Positions 25,924-37,510 of a stretch of DNA of 64,000 bases are shown in pieces; the first letter of the stretch is position 1; every line of letters starts with the position of its first letter. The DNA is taken from assembly GCA_010015805.1 (NCBI GenBank), contig ML978131.1, positions 372,001 through 436,000 of the forward strand. The letters are read 5' to 3'. Below the pieces are notes generated by a model. The model saw only the letters and a program-made list of their open reading frames with translations, searched no databases and was not told where the DNA came from. Made by a program: the position numbers and the translations under genes. Origin of the DNA: Rhizodiscina lignyota (Eukaryota).

Positions 25924-26929
25924 TCAGCTACCAGTGGGGGCAGAACGCTGCATTCTTCGGTCCTCCATTAATTGTTTGAATACGTCCATGGACTGGGGAT
26001 GATTGAACATCATGGCGTTATTTTCGGCAGTGTTGCCCGTAATTTCAAGGTGATCGATGTGCCTTGACAGGTCATCTCCGATCGCTTCATTGACCATAAG
26101 TGATTGGTGTTTTGCCAAGTTGCGGGTGATGATGCGCGTCAAGTGCTTCGGAGAACCACCTGAGCTGCTTGACAGTGTCCTCGATAGTTCCGAACCCTCT
26201 GTGGAAAGGCAGTCATCACTTGATAATGACAGGACATCGAGATCGCTCGGTAGCACTTTCTCGTCACCTACTATTAAGTAAGCTCTTCCTCGTCGTTTGT
26301 CTCATATTAGCAAGCTTGCCTTGACTTGACAGATCTTTAACTCGCGAATCAATCTTGAGTTCACTCCCCTGGCCCTTGCCTGACATCAGCACAAGCCTCC
26401 GATCGATTCGACGTATTACTTTTCTGTTTTCTCTAACTCCGTGTTCAATGCTACGTGTCATAGCCACATGCTCGACATGTATGTCCATCCGAAGGTCGTC
26501 CTTAACACGTCTGAGCTCGCCCATGATATTCGTAAGGTCCTTCTGGTCGTTTGAACCATGTATCAATTGGTGTGAGAACTGACGAAGGGAGGAGCTTTTG
26601 TCGCCCGGATGTACCCGTTTAAGCCAACCAAGCAGCTTGTGCTCAGTAGATTCGAGTTTTTCCAACGTCGCGACGACGCTCGGCACTGTCTGTAGTGCTT
26701 CCTCATCTTTAATGACTTGGATAATTGATCTGATGCTCTTGAGCTCTTCTAAATGACTCTCAAGCAGTTCCGCAAGCTCCTTCTGACGTTCATAAGCTCG
26801 TCGAAGGCGCTTGATTAGCTCGATTGCCGCCTCAAGCAGTTGGACAACTGCTGAGACCGTTCCAAGTACTTCGGCCTAACCACCAAGTCAGCAATGCTCG
26901 GACGAAAGGAGTCGCGGAGAAATGACCAT
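25924..26929 (-). CDS. HeLo-like/SesA-like N-terminal helical domain protein with C-terminal two-repeat amyloid-like motif (300 aa)
   Basis: ATG-only exon 26927-26929, intron 26876-26926, exon 26320-26875 (AEVLGTVSAVVQLLEAAIELIKRLRRAYERQKEL...), GC-AG intron 26268-26319, exon 25924-26267 with repeats ITRNLAKHQSLMVNEAIG and ITGNTAENNAMMFNHPQS. All splices keep frame. Confidence 0.75.
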
Positions 26930-27467
26930 TAACTACCAGAGCAGAGGGTTTCCCTTAAGTGTTCAATGTCCTGAGATAGGTATTACAGAGGAGGGGTTCG
27001 TTCGACCTGAACCGCGACTCTGCCGTCTAACTACGCGATCCGCTCCTCCTCTTGTACTGATTGAGTCATCCTTGAGCCTCAATCGATTTACTCCAATTAT
27101 CTTCAGACACATATTGATCACTTTGCGCATGGAAACCTGCAGCTGGAAAGCAGGGAGGGCTTATGCGCTTATCATCTCATTGGAGTCGAACGGGCTCGGC
27201 TGGCGAAACTTCAAACCGCAAACCCCAGTCACGAGCTTGACCGGTTGCCCCAGGCATCAAATCGAGTATAGCACCGTCGGGCGTCCATGAATGAGATGCG
27301 ATCATGCGGGGGCGCAGCACGAGCTGCGCGACGGACTACATGAAGTGCCCTTAAGACCGTTACTCGGACTTCAGTTCGCATGTTTTGATGCGCGTCATCC
27401 CTATCCTTCAACCCCACGCGTTCTCCTGAGGTTGCTTTCGGAAATGCATCTACGTTCGCTCTGAACG

Positions 27468-28255
27468 ATGACCACATTGCCTTTGGGTCTTTCGCTGCCG
27501 TTTTCAATTGCGACTCCAGTCGAAAAGGGCGACAAAACCAAACCTGTCGTATCGTCAGCGGTTTGCAGAAACAAGGCGACAGAGAACGCTCAACAGTTTA
27601 ACGCTCCAGTGGGCGGGAAGCATACCTATAAAGTCAGAGCGGTAACCAATCAGTATGTTCCTGGGAGTCCGGGACTTCCTTTTCTTCGTCAAAGAGCTCT
27701 TTTGAGCTAAGCCGAGTCGCAGCTACCACATCTCAGGCGACATTTACTTGTATCGTCCTGTGAACACGCGTGCGGATTCCAGTTCATTATATGTTGATAC
27801 ACCATATCCGTACCCAGTCATTTCAAATACGACGAAAGTCATAGCTGCCGAGGTTGTTCACAAGTATCATTATGGATCAATTGAAATAGTGAATAGCTGA
27901 TCCTGGATAGATCAAAGATACTCAAACGCCAACTGCTCGGAAGCAGTACGTGCGATTAGAGGGCTCCAAGGGCGAGTGGGGGACAGTCTGCGCTCAAGCC
28001 TCCCCAGACGCCGAAACTAATTGGATCTCTGGGAGGATAGTCAGACGACATGGTCTCAAAACTTGCCAGAATAAACAATCGAAGACGATCTCGTATCAGG
28101 GAAGACGTATAACATCAAACACCCAAGTAAAGGCCCTCGTCCTATTCGACAGATCTTGCAATGGGCCTTGTCGACATCGGTTTTACATTGTCGAGCATGT
28201 GGGATTCGACGTTCTTTTCGGGGATTTTAAAGAAATGAAAACCGCTACCTGCTAA
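27468..28255 (+). CDS. Spliced protein (about 219 aa) with N-terminal amyloid-like motif and C-terminal degenerate retropepsin-like domain
   Basis: Exon 27468-27652, GTATGT intron 27653-27722, exon 27723-27852, intron 27853-27910 (weak GTTGTT donor), exon 27911-28255. Contains VCRNKATENAQQFNAPVG and AQASPDAETNWIS...RFYIVEHVGFDVLFG. Confidence 0.6.
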
Positions 28256-28808
28256 TAAAATTTTGAGGCGTCCAGCGATTCGGAGGAGGAGTTTCACGAG
28301 GTACAGCAATAGCTCGCGCGGTGAAGGGACAACAGGATCTAGCTTTCGGCGCCGGTTCATGGTCATCGTGAAGAACTTCACAGGTTTTCAAATGCGTCTC
28401 TTAGGCGCAAAGACGGTCGCTGGTTTCTTTTGGTAGATATTTTCCGAGAGGAAGCACGGTGTCAGGTTGTCTGGATATACGGAGGAACCAACTGCTGTGC
28501 AACCCGAATGTGTAACCTGGCAACACTGTAACGGAACGGAATGTCCTAATAACATTTAGATTTAAACAAATGATTTTGATTGATATCTTATTATGTTAGT
28601 GATTCATCCGCTCTCTCTGAAGCTGGGACAAGCTCATTACGAACATTACTGTATCATTATTTCGCCTTTCAAAAACCGAGAAGCACGAGGCCACGAGGAT
28701 CGAGGCTCGAGCTAACAACAATGCGCACGAGCCAACAGACCTGATTTTTCTATAGATCTACTCAGTACTCAGCTTGCAAGTAAGCTTAAGCCAAGTGGCC
28801 TTATACAA

Positions 28809-29497
28809 TCAAGCGCTTGTGTGCCAAGATTTCAAGACTCTCCCATTATCCTCGACTTTATCGCCGTCTTCGCCGTTTTCCTCAGCAGGCAGCGCCCTCT
28901 TCATCCCCTTCCACTTCTCATTCTCGTTATAAGAGCACTCAGGGCCTGTGTTGTTTATTCGACAATTACCGCAGACGCCGTCAAAGCGTCCGGGAATGCG
29001 AATGCAGTCCTGATCACACTATAAGAAAAACAAATCAAAATTTAGATAAGTTGACATACTATATATATACGATAACGTGGGTCTACACGCGCTTTAGCAC
29101 ACCCAACACATTCCCTATCCATGGTCTTACCACTATAGTTAAGTATCAGTGATATATTAGTATAGTAGTAAGTTAAAGAAATATACCGTGACTGGATTAG
29201 TAGCGATTCTAGCTTTCGCGTCTGATCCTGGGTATGCCTCGGGATGGCCTTGCCTTCCTGGATATGGACAAGCTCGCCCTTTTGAGCCAGTAAAGTCTCC
29301 CATTCTGGTCTGATGAAGAAGCCCGCCTTTCGCAACTATCGTATTATCAGTAGCCGGTCTCGAAAATGTATGATTCTGCCATTTAGCCATACATTATCAC
29401 CCCGAACGTCATACGTCTTCTGGAGCCCATCAGCAGCCTTCAGCCATCTAATCCTATATAATGGCTGAATAAGACCTTTCTTCGGTGCATCTGCCAT
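28809..29497 (-). CDS. DUF3716-like Cys-rich protein (178 aa, 4 exons)
   Basis: Exons 29393-29497, 29187-29335, 29060-29132 and 28809-29018 give LESLLIQSRGKTMDRECVGC...CDQDCIRIPGRFDGVCGNCRINNTGPECSY, matching the recalled DUF3716 pattern (Q.RG...CxxC...C....G...G.CxNC......CS). The last intron is only 41 nt. Confidence 0.7.
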
Positions 29498-29891
29498 GTT
29501 CATGTTATTAGCACCCGATCGGCTTCGGTGTCCTCGGCATCTTTGGTGTCCAGCGTGAACGCCGTAGCAATGCAAGGCGGCGTGGATGGAGCGGAGAGGA
29601 GGATGTTGAGCTCTGGATCTGAGAGAGATATGCCCGCAATCAAGTTTTGTGCTAGTTAAGATCTCACCGGTCGATCCGAAACATAAATTGGGTTTAGGCA
29701 CTTCTTAGCGCGTCCGAGGTGTCGGAAGTTTAACTTGCCGCACCATCGAACTTGACTTCGAAGCATATCGGCTTCTAATGACATCTCGCCAATGCACTCA
29801 ATTCCGGTTGTCGTCCGATTAATCGTCGTTCCCGGCTCCTGCGATCATGCGTGACATGTAAGATGTCTCCAAGGCCGAGGATTAGTCCCCA

Positions 29892-31379
29892 ATGAGCCTC
29901 CATCATCCATTCTCACCTCACCAAACGCCTCTACCTCAGTCTAATAATCCGGTGATGTCAGAGGTCTATAGAATAGCGGAAAGGCTGGTCCAGAGATTTC
30001 CAGATAAGGCCATCGAACTTCTTGCCCATCACTGCGACGTCAACACTTTAGCGCAATATCTCCAAGAGGCTTGCGACAGGAGACCGCTGGACTTTCATAC
30101 GGTACTGAGCTCAGGAGGAAGTGACTCAAGTTCTCAATCATCGTATTCTCGAACGCCGCGGGATGCTCTTCAACACCGCCAATCTGTCGTGCCTGATAGA
30201 CGCTACAGTCCTACACCATCCTCGCAGGCCTCATCACCAATTCTTACTTCGCCGTCGAGTCAACAGCATCCGCTTACCAAAGGTGTTGAATTTGTAGATG
30301 CACTCGATTCTGACCCAGAACCGAAGAGATTGAGTATGAGAAGCGATGCTCAGTCCTACAGTTTAATTAGTGAGGACACCGTCCGCGAAAGGTTGCACCT
30401 AAAGGTAGAAGACATTGGAAGTCCGCGATCGGTCCCATATAATGATGCACAGTTAGAGATCTTTCAGACCGTCTCGCTCACCTGGAAGAAGCTGAACTCG
30501 TGGCGGACGCATGGAGCTACGTGCTTTCTAGTTCAGTCAGACCTGCTAGACGTCGACGTTATTGTCGGAAAGTTGAGAGCTGAAGACCTCATAAGACAAA
30601 CAGGTAACCGTGCGTATCCTGAACTATATGCCAAAAGTACTGAGACTTCCAAAGGCTGACCTTGCATAGCTTTTGCGGCGCAATCTCCTCAACAGGGCAG
30701 TCGTGGGGTTTTCCATCCGCAGCCACAAAAAGCTAGCAACCAAGGGCCGAGAGGCGAGGATTTGTCAATTGCGTACTCGTCTATTGAAGATTTCCCCGAT
30801 GCGACCCCACCACATGTGATGGTTAGGCAAGTTTCTCAGCGGTCATCGACAAATAGAACTAGCAACGTTCTCAGAGAGAGACAGCATCCTATTGTCACAG
30901 ATAGGACGAGGACATCGAATATGCCGCAGTCGTCAAAGTCGTCCAAGATTCCGCGGCGACAAAATTCTCCTGCTAGAAGTTCTGGATCCGCTTCGTCTCG
31001 TGTATCCGGCCGCCATCCGCATGGCCACTCTTCCATGGCTCCTTCTCACACCCAAAGGACTTCACAACCGGAATCAGCTCGGGTCAGGATTGTATGGGAA
31101 GGCATTCAAGTTACAGCGAGATTTAGGCTCAGCGCCTCAGGGGAAGCCTTTCTTGAAGATTTAAACCAAGCGATTGGCCCAATGACTCGTGTAGATCGAC
31201 ACGTGCACTACGTTCGGTTCTCTACAGAGAAGGGAGAGAGTGTGACGAACTCCTGCGAAGTAAATCTGTTGGAAGACGACGTGGCTCTTGATTGGGAAGA
31301 TGCTGTGGAATGGATAAAATCTAAAATGGAAATCGCGCCTCGGCTCTATGCCATGATCGAGCAACGCGATGCGGGTTGA
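29892..31379 (+). CDS. Hypothetical 473-aa protein with degenerate retropepsin-like domain and C-terminal alpha/beta (possibly ubiquitin/PB1-like) domain
   Basis: The 255-aa and 205-aa ORFs join in frame via intron 30604-30669 (GTAACC...CTGAC...TAG). Central MRSDAQSYSLISED...VSLTW...CFLVQSDLLDVDVIVG follows the retropepsin pattern without DTG. Confidence 0.7.
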
Positions 31380-32839
31380 GACATAGCACTCATCGAAGCA
31401 ATACATTCCAATTAAGCTACATATGTAGCATTCCGAGCAGACCAGCAGACACGTCCCGGCGAGGTATGCCATATACCTGTCTGTACATATGATGGTAATC
31501 ATAATGGCCTTTTTTGGAACTGGAACACGAAAGATTGTGAGTAAGCACTATCCTCGCTGTATGATTGTGTAGATGCTAAGTGCTGTTACTAATACGAAGG
31601 AGCTAGTTTGCAGCGAGCGAACAGTCTGCGGAGCCACTCTTCTAAAGTTGGCCCTGGCACTTCTAAGAAGCTTCCTCGCGTTGGTGAAGTCGCACTCGAG
31701 ATTGTCAGAGAGTAACTTACCCAGCCTGCCTTGGAATATTTGCTTCCCGTTGTCACTGAAAAGGCACGCTGTTGCTTATCTTGTTCGACCGTCGGAAACT
31801 GGCACTTTAATAGTCCAGCTTCAGCGACAATGCCACATACAACTCGTTTATGCAGGACTAGAAGTGGGTAGTCTCCCCACTATATAATGGAACCGGCCAA
31901 TCTCACCAGACACTGATGGGGACTTACCAATCCTTTCCGTTCGTCACAGCAGTCTTGGCAAATGACAACCATACGCTTAATGCTTCTTTTTCATCTCGCG
32001 TGCAGTCAATAGAACGTGCGGAGGCTGAGAATGTGGTCGCGTGGGCCTTAGCATTTTTAGTGTCGGAGAGCAGCCCCAAAACATGTCAAGCAAGCAGGAA
32101 AAACGGACGTAGTGTCGAATGAGGTGAGAGTATGATGAAGTATAAGGAATCATTGTAGATAGGAGGCTAATTTTCGGCCAATCGGGTTAGCGCTAACACA
32201 CCCTGGTGTGGATCCATTCCTTCGCACGATACTACGCGTCTCTTCAGCCTCCTCAGGCATCCGTTTCACATACTGTAAACTAGGTATAACTATTTCTAAA
32301 ATTATCCAGGCAGCTTTCATTCGCTCGTGCTAAATTCCCGATGATCGACATACGGCCACGTACCTCGATGGAGGCATATCTCATACGCTGGCTACGCCTC
32401 TCCTTGACGCGCGCGTCAAACCATCTAGTAATGGCCTATTCAGGGCAACGCATTCTCCATTTTCACGTTCAGGTGATTATTCAACTACTAGAAGATCTGC
32501 GAGGCTCATCCCCGGGTTGTCGATGGAAGCACGATCTTCAAGTTCTACCTCGTATTCTACTACGTGTATTCCCGGAGTGCCGACAACAGCGCCGGTGGAC
32601 ACAAGGTACAGAATCCAATGTCTCACCTTTTGTCTCCGTCTATCCGTCTTCTCAAGCTTAACTTTTGGCTCTCTAAGCATCAAGAGAATACGAGTGAGGC
32701 ATTGCATAGGGAAATGATTCCCTTCGACGTCACACTTAATTTGGGGTCCTCTGCGTTGCGCGTATTTAAGTGCTTGACGTCTAGGCACTTAGAAAGTCTC
32801 TCATAATATGGTTTGAATTCTTGTATACATACAGTGACC

Positions 32840-34099
32840 ATGTTTCTTTCAGAGCTCGTGGCGTTATCTGCATTGTTTTCTTTCGTTCTGGGTAGTCATC
32901 CCAAGATTTCGTTGAGAGCAAAGAGCAAAAGCGAAAAGGTTGCTCGCCGCGATGTGAACGGGGCTGGCAACGTTACTCTTGCCAATTACTTCAATGGAAC
33001 AGACCTTCAGTGGTATGGGGCAATTGGTGTGGGCACGCCTCCACAGAATCTGTTCGTACACCCGTCAAACATGCAACTCTCGTCCTAATATATTCACAGG
33101 ACTGTGGTATTTGACAGCGCATCCACTGATTTGCTAATCCCTTCGGTCGCCTGCTCGCCCTCGAACGGCTGCCCGTCGGAGGGCATTGAGGGGCCGCTCC
33201 ACAAGTTCAATCAAAACAGCTCGTCGACGTTCCACACTCAGAACAAAGGCTTCTATGCTCCCTTCGGCACCGGGATCGGTGTCGCTCCCTCTGATTTTGA
33301 GTCCCAAACCGGTATCATCGCCACCGACACTGTCTGTGTATCGGGGCTCTGTGCCAAAAATCAGACAATGGGACTTGTGATGAATGAGACGGCAGGATTC
33401 GCAAATGATCCATTTGATGGCATCCTCGGCTTGGCTTTCCCAGCCTTGGGAGTTACCGGCAACGGATCTTTTTTCAATTCGCTGGTGCAGGCGAAGGCTG
33501 TCGCTGAAGCACTCTACGGCTTCTATCTCACCCCGAATGTGGTCGGCGGCGCGGAACTGACTCTGGGCGGCATTGACGAGTCGAAAATCGAAAGCAACAT
33601 CACATACGCCAAAGTCGCGCCACCGTTCTGGAACGTGACATTCGACGACTTGACCGTGAACGGCGTATCCGTTAATCTTACCTACAAACAAGCTCTCTTC
33701 GACACCGGCACATCCAACGTCGTTGGAGGTGATATCTCACAACTGCAGGAAATTTATGGAATAATCTCGCCCAAGATCAAGCTCATCGACAAGAATGGCG
33801 CGTTTGGCATGCCATGCTCCGAGATCCAGGAGATCGTGGAGGCGAACGTCAAATTTACAATCTCTGGAAAGACGTTCATGATCCCCACACCGGAGTTGTT
33901 TGTCGGCGAATATCCGAGCCTGCCAGGGGTATGTCAGGCGTTCTGGAATGCGGACGTGACGAATTCGTATGGTGGTGCTTTCATTGTGGGTGCCAGCTTG
34001 CTCAAGTACTACTACTCGGTTTGGGACTTTGGCAACTCGAGATTCGGGCTCGCGGACACGGATATCTCGCCGCCGAGAGTGTCCGACGCAGACCAATAA
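32840..34099 (+). CDS. Secreted pepsin-like aspartic protease (family A1)
   Basis: Signal peptide MFLSELVALSALFSFVLG; WYGAIGVGTPPQ; intron ending at 33099; VVFDSAS, FDGILGLAF, GAELTLGGID, ALFDTGTS, FIVGASLLKYYYSVWDFGNSRFGLA. Confidence 0.92.
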
Positions 34100-35412
34100 A
34101 CGAATTGAATTGCGAAGAGGTTGCGATAGCGAGGAAGGGACTGAGGACGAAAGCGGTGCCGATGCGTGCGTCGAAGCGCCCTTTTGCTATCGCTACCATC
34201 TCTATTCAATTAATGAATTGTATGATAGATATGAAAGATAGTTGCGCGCATAGTCTGTCGAGAGTATGATACTCAATATTGAGATACGTTCTCTCGGGCT
34301 GCTATCCTAGGTTGAGCTCGTATTGTTGTATCATTGAACATGGGACTGCGTTTCGCTTTATCTGCCGATTCGTTCTTGTCATCTTTCTATATTGTTCCTG
34401 CGCGTAAGGCTCTACTCAGCCAATAGTAGACGCTTTGGCTTCCGCAAAGGATGCTCGCGTCTCCGAGCTCTTGTAGACTGAAATTGTGAACTATGAATCG
34501 GGACTGAATCAAGACTCTTCGAGAGCCTTTGGCGGGTAGGGAGAAGTTTCGGATAACTACTTCATCACGTAGTTTCTAATCGTTGGCTCAGCATCGACTC
34601 GTCGCGAAGCCAGTAGAGTTCGTGCGATCACAGCTATTCTCGATCTCACCAGCGTCATTCGACACACTGTCCGGTGGTTACTCGGACGATTCAGATCCTC
34701 GATTGTCTGATGCAGTAGTCGTGCAGTGGCCCAAAACGGGAGATCAACCATGATCAGCTTTTTCAAACACGTGCGGACGAAGTCCATTTTTAGCAGTACA
34801 TACGAACGCTCATCAGCTTCAAACCCCGCCATACGGTTCATAGCAGACAAGGTGTCTCTCACCGACGCATTACAACCGGCATAGCCAACTGCCCTCCGCT
34901 CGGTGAGCGAAGGTAACGTCCGCCAGCACGCCTTCTTGGACAGGCTGTTTCGCCGAGATGCCACCACCCCGGAACTCTCATCCCTCCCAATCGCACGCCA
35001 GCAAGTTTCTGGCATGGTCGCACGCACGGCAGCAGTGGAGAAGCTTCCCGCAAGCTCGGGCCTCAGCCAATTCCCGCCCTGATTCCCCAGCGCTCGAAGC
35101 GATCGAGCAACCCCCTGTCTCTGGCCTATCTGCCAGCGCCAGCGATGAGCAGTCGCCGTGTACAGCTAAGAGGACTAGGTACATATTATGGGCTCTTAAT
35201 TAACTGCGAGTCCCCAGGTCTCGTTGCTTTTCGATATCTCTGACTTATCTCTCGCTGTCTCGCTGTCTTTTTTTCTGCCTTTAACTGTCTTTTTTGAGGT
35301 CGATAGCTCGTTGAGAGAGCTCGAGAGCATCACCGCCATTTTATGGGCCCCTTTCGTCACCGAATATTGATGCCAGTGCAATTGTCGGCGAAACGTTTCT
35401 CTATTCGAGAAG

Positions 35413-36449
35413 ATGGCGGGTAGCGATATGGAATCACCTTTCGTCTTATCAGAATATGCCCAACAGTCATTGCTAGAGAACGCAACATTGCGTTCTGTCC
35501 GCAATCTACTATCAGAGGATCCAGTGAATAAGTACGTCCAGTGTACAAACATCCTACAGAACAGTCGGCTAACTACAACCCATACAGCTTCTGCACACTA
35601 CACTCAACCCTCCCATCTCCAACCCAAGACACCTGGCTCCTCCACCGGGACGTCCTCCACGCCCTAATCGTCCCAGTCGTCGCCCTCTACCACCGCACCG
35701 CCCTCCTCGCCGAAGCAGCACTCTGCTCCTCCCGCCCCGAAGACTTCGAAATCGCATACCGTGCCGACGCGCGCAGCGCCTTCATCTCGCTGCAATGCTT
35801 CGTCCACGAGGAAGAGCAGTGGTGCTACTCGCGCGGCTGCCCCGCATGCACGACCCTGCACACGCTGGAAACGGAGTCGACCATCCGTCTCGCGATAACG
35901 GCCGCTCTGCTGGCGGAGTCGAGTGAGTCTCCTGAGGGCACAGGCGTGCCGTCGCTGGCGTCGTTCCTGCCTGCGCTGCAGTGCGCGACGGAAGCGGATC
36001 CCTTCTGGGGCCCGCAGTTTTGGGAGCATCACCACGGCAAGGCGTCTGCCCTCCGAGACTCCATCCACGCCCTCATCCAGCAAGCCTCCGAGCTCGAAGC
36101 CCTCGTGCTCTCGCCCCGACCAGGCCGAAGCCCCGTCCAGTCTCCGGACCGCTCGCCGACGAAGTCGAAAACGCTCAACTTCGAACTGCGCACTGCGTCC
36201 TCGCCCACAAATACACGGAGCAGCGACTGTGAGGACGGAAAATCGCTGCCGCGGCTCAGTCCCTCACCGCTGGCGAAGCAGCAACTCCGCCTCGATCGAG
36301 AGCAGCGCGCGCTGGTGAGCCGCGCGGTGTGGCAGGTGTACAGCGCGGTTGCGATGCCCGCGGCGGAGAGGATAGCGCTGAGGGGGCGGTTACGGCGGGG
36401 GCTGGAGGATGCGGAGGAGCTGGGGAGGGTGAGGAGTATGACGAGTTGA
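35413..36449 (+). CDS. Conserved-looking fungal hypothetical protein
   Basis: Exon 1 MAGSDMESPF...EDPVN, then GTACGT...CTAAC...CAG intron joining in frame to FCTLHS...WCYSRGCPAC...DPFWGP. GC-rich codon usage. Confidence 0.75.
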
Positions 36450-37510
36450 TATAATGATGCGCGGGGTTGTAAATAGAGATGGACGAAAAGACGGCGATGA
36501 TGGAAATTTGAGAGAAAGGATGCGCGATAGGGCATACATACAGAGATACCATAGATGACCGGGGGAGTGCGGTGGAGGAACTGCACCGGCTGTAAATACC
36601 AATAGTCGTAATGTCTAGCAAATCAAATACATATATGTGAAATAACACTTGCATATTCGCGCAAGCTGGCAATATGACCAAGGTGGCTGTCGCTCTATCT
36701 GTGACGACGACTCCAATGCGGCCTGAATCGGATTCACCGCTCTTCGGCCGTAAGTTGGATGGGAAGTGGAAAAAGGACAAGGAGCTCTAGTCAGATATGA
36801 CGACAATTCTGATAAGGTCTTCCTGGGACGACGTTGACGTGGGTTGAGTTGAACTGGAGCGAGAGTGCGACCGTGAGCAGGAGCATGTCCAGTGGGGCAA
36901 CCAAGAATGCTGGGCTCCAGGATTAAAGGTCGTGCGAGCACCTCGAAGTAGTTGGAGGGGCGGGTGAGGTGGATCCTGTTATGCCCAAACACATTGCTGC
37001 GCTGCAGTCCGAACAGAGTGGTGCGTTCGTCGGACTGAGCGAGAATAGCGATGCAGGCGGACGGGGCGAGATTACTCTGGGAGGACAATTGCACGGTCAA
37101 CACAGGATATTTCAGTACGATAACATCGATGAAAAATAATCTTTACAATCACTTTTGATTCTTGATTGATTTGTTCTTCTCGCGTTATTGGGCGAAATAA
37201 AGCGTCAGCCAGTGAGGTGTATCAGCCCCTCGTTGCAAGAATACAATTCGCGAAACCGAAGAAGCCCATCCCAGCGGCGACGACCAGTGACCAACTCCGA
37301 ACCCAGACCTCTTCCACTTCTTCCTCCACTACCACAACCTCGAAGACTGCCGAGAAAAGCCGAAAAGCCAAATTGAAGTCAACGCAATACCAATGCCGTT
37401 CCGATGCAAAAGCAGGCCGTAAAATACACGAGATAAAAAGCGATTAAAGAATTATGTTGCGGGATAATGCGTTTGCATAGTCGCGTAATGATGAGAGCCG
37501 TAAAGACGTA

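Noticed and set aside
25900..34100. Retropepsin-like domains as remnants of an LTR retrotransposon, or the island as Starship cargo
   Set aside because: No gag, RT, integrase, LTRs or tyrosine-recombinase gene seen in the window, and the genes contain spliceosomal introns.
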